From positions 47,492,001 to 47,556,000 of the forward strand of contig NC_073383.1 of assembly GCF_028641065.1 (NCBI RefSeq): DNA of 64,000 bases, read 5' to 3'. A program made the translations under genes and the position numbers. A model generated the notes under the pieces. It did not search any database and had not been told where the DNA came from. It worked only from the letters and a program-made list of their open reading frames with translations. This DNA is from Leucoraja erinacea. Lineage: Eukaryota. Positions 63,331 through 64,000 of this stretch are shown piece by piece (within the stretch, counting starts at the first letter, position 1; each line of letters begins with the position of its first letter).

Positions 63331-64000
63331 AGTTTTGTCCTATGATTTACCTCATATAAAGGGGCTATAATTTGTTTGTTAATAAATTCATCATAATTTT
63401 TCAATGACTGATTCATGTTTGAATATGTCAACATAATTCCTCCCTTAGTCAACCACGGCAATCTGTGCGGCATGGACTCGTTCCACGGCATGAAATCACA
63501 GAGCTTTAAAATCTTCACGTAGTCACTCACGTGACTTCGAAGTAAAATAGTAAGATTAATCGAGAACTTACCAGTTTGAAGTTTGATCTTTATTTTATGA
63601 GGAGTAACGTTGAAGGATTACGTGCCCTCCACGCCCACCCTCAATCATAAAGTCAACTGGTAACCTAGTTCTCTAATCTTACTATGTTCAGTTCACTTAC
63701 TGTTATCTGTGATTTCACACCACTGCTTTGAAGATTGACACGCATGCGTCCTGGCGGGTTCTTCACGTAATCCCTCAACGTTACTCCTCATAAAATAAAG
63801 ATCAAACTTCAAACTGGTAAGTTCTCGTTTAATCTTACTATTAAAGATAGTGTTTCACATGCTAAGATTCAGTTCAATCTAATCACCAGTTTGCTCAGAC
63901 TCAGCAAATGCATTTGAATTTACACGAGTTCCTGTCCAACTGTAAACTTTGGATGAGCATAAACTCCTCCAATTAAGCAATGGAAGTGAAGACTAAAGTC

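Larger units (their letters stand above)
57880..63842 (+). mobile_element. DIRS1-type tyrosine-recombinase retrotransposon, full-length with ITR/ICR, ORFs disrupted
   Basis: Order gag-like, RT, RNase H, methyltransferase-like, YR. The internal complementary region at 63512-63624 is the reverse complement of both termini. T-rich ends and no TSD. Confidence 0.93.

Noticed and set aside
51751-64000. Preceding glutamine-rich HDAC4 exon (RTQSAP...QQHQQFLEK)
   Set aside because: Not found in the window; presumably further upstream.

Overview
Eukaryotic (vertebrate) genomic DNA. The repeat content (HE1/V-SINE, CR1, Rex1/Babar, Penelope tails, L1/Tx1, DIRS) points to a cartilaginous fish, probably a skate or ray; this is an inference. 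The window lies inside HDAC4, a class IIa histone deacetylase gene on the minus strand. Four coding exons are visible (51750-51481, 22982-22796, 21332-21199, 8680-8560), with GT-AG sites and consistent phases. The rest is intron, densely filled with mobile DNA: a structurally complete but ORF-disrupted DIRS1-type tyrosine-recombinase retrotransposon with its terminal repeat/ICR architecture, a near full-length Rex1/Babar LINE, CR1, L1 and L2 relics, a Tc1 element, MITEs and a head-to-tail array of non-autonomous Helitron-like units. The most notable signal is a family of short Penelope-derived elements carrying a minimal hammerhead-ribozyme core (CTGAAGA-stemII-GAAAC-GTY). These include a ~350-bp tandem dimer resembling a retrozyme, and their intact cores all lie antisense to the HDAC4 transcript. 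No prokaryotic features or CRISPR arrays are present. Coordinates were read by eye, and repeat boundaries are approximate.
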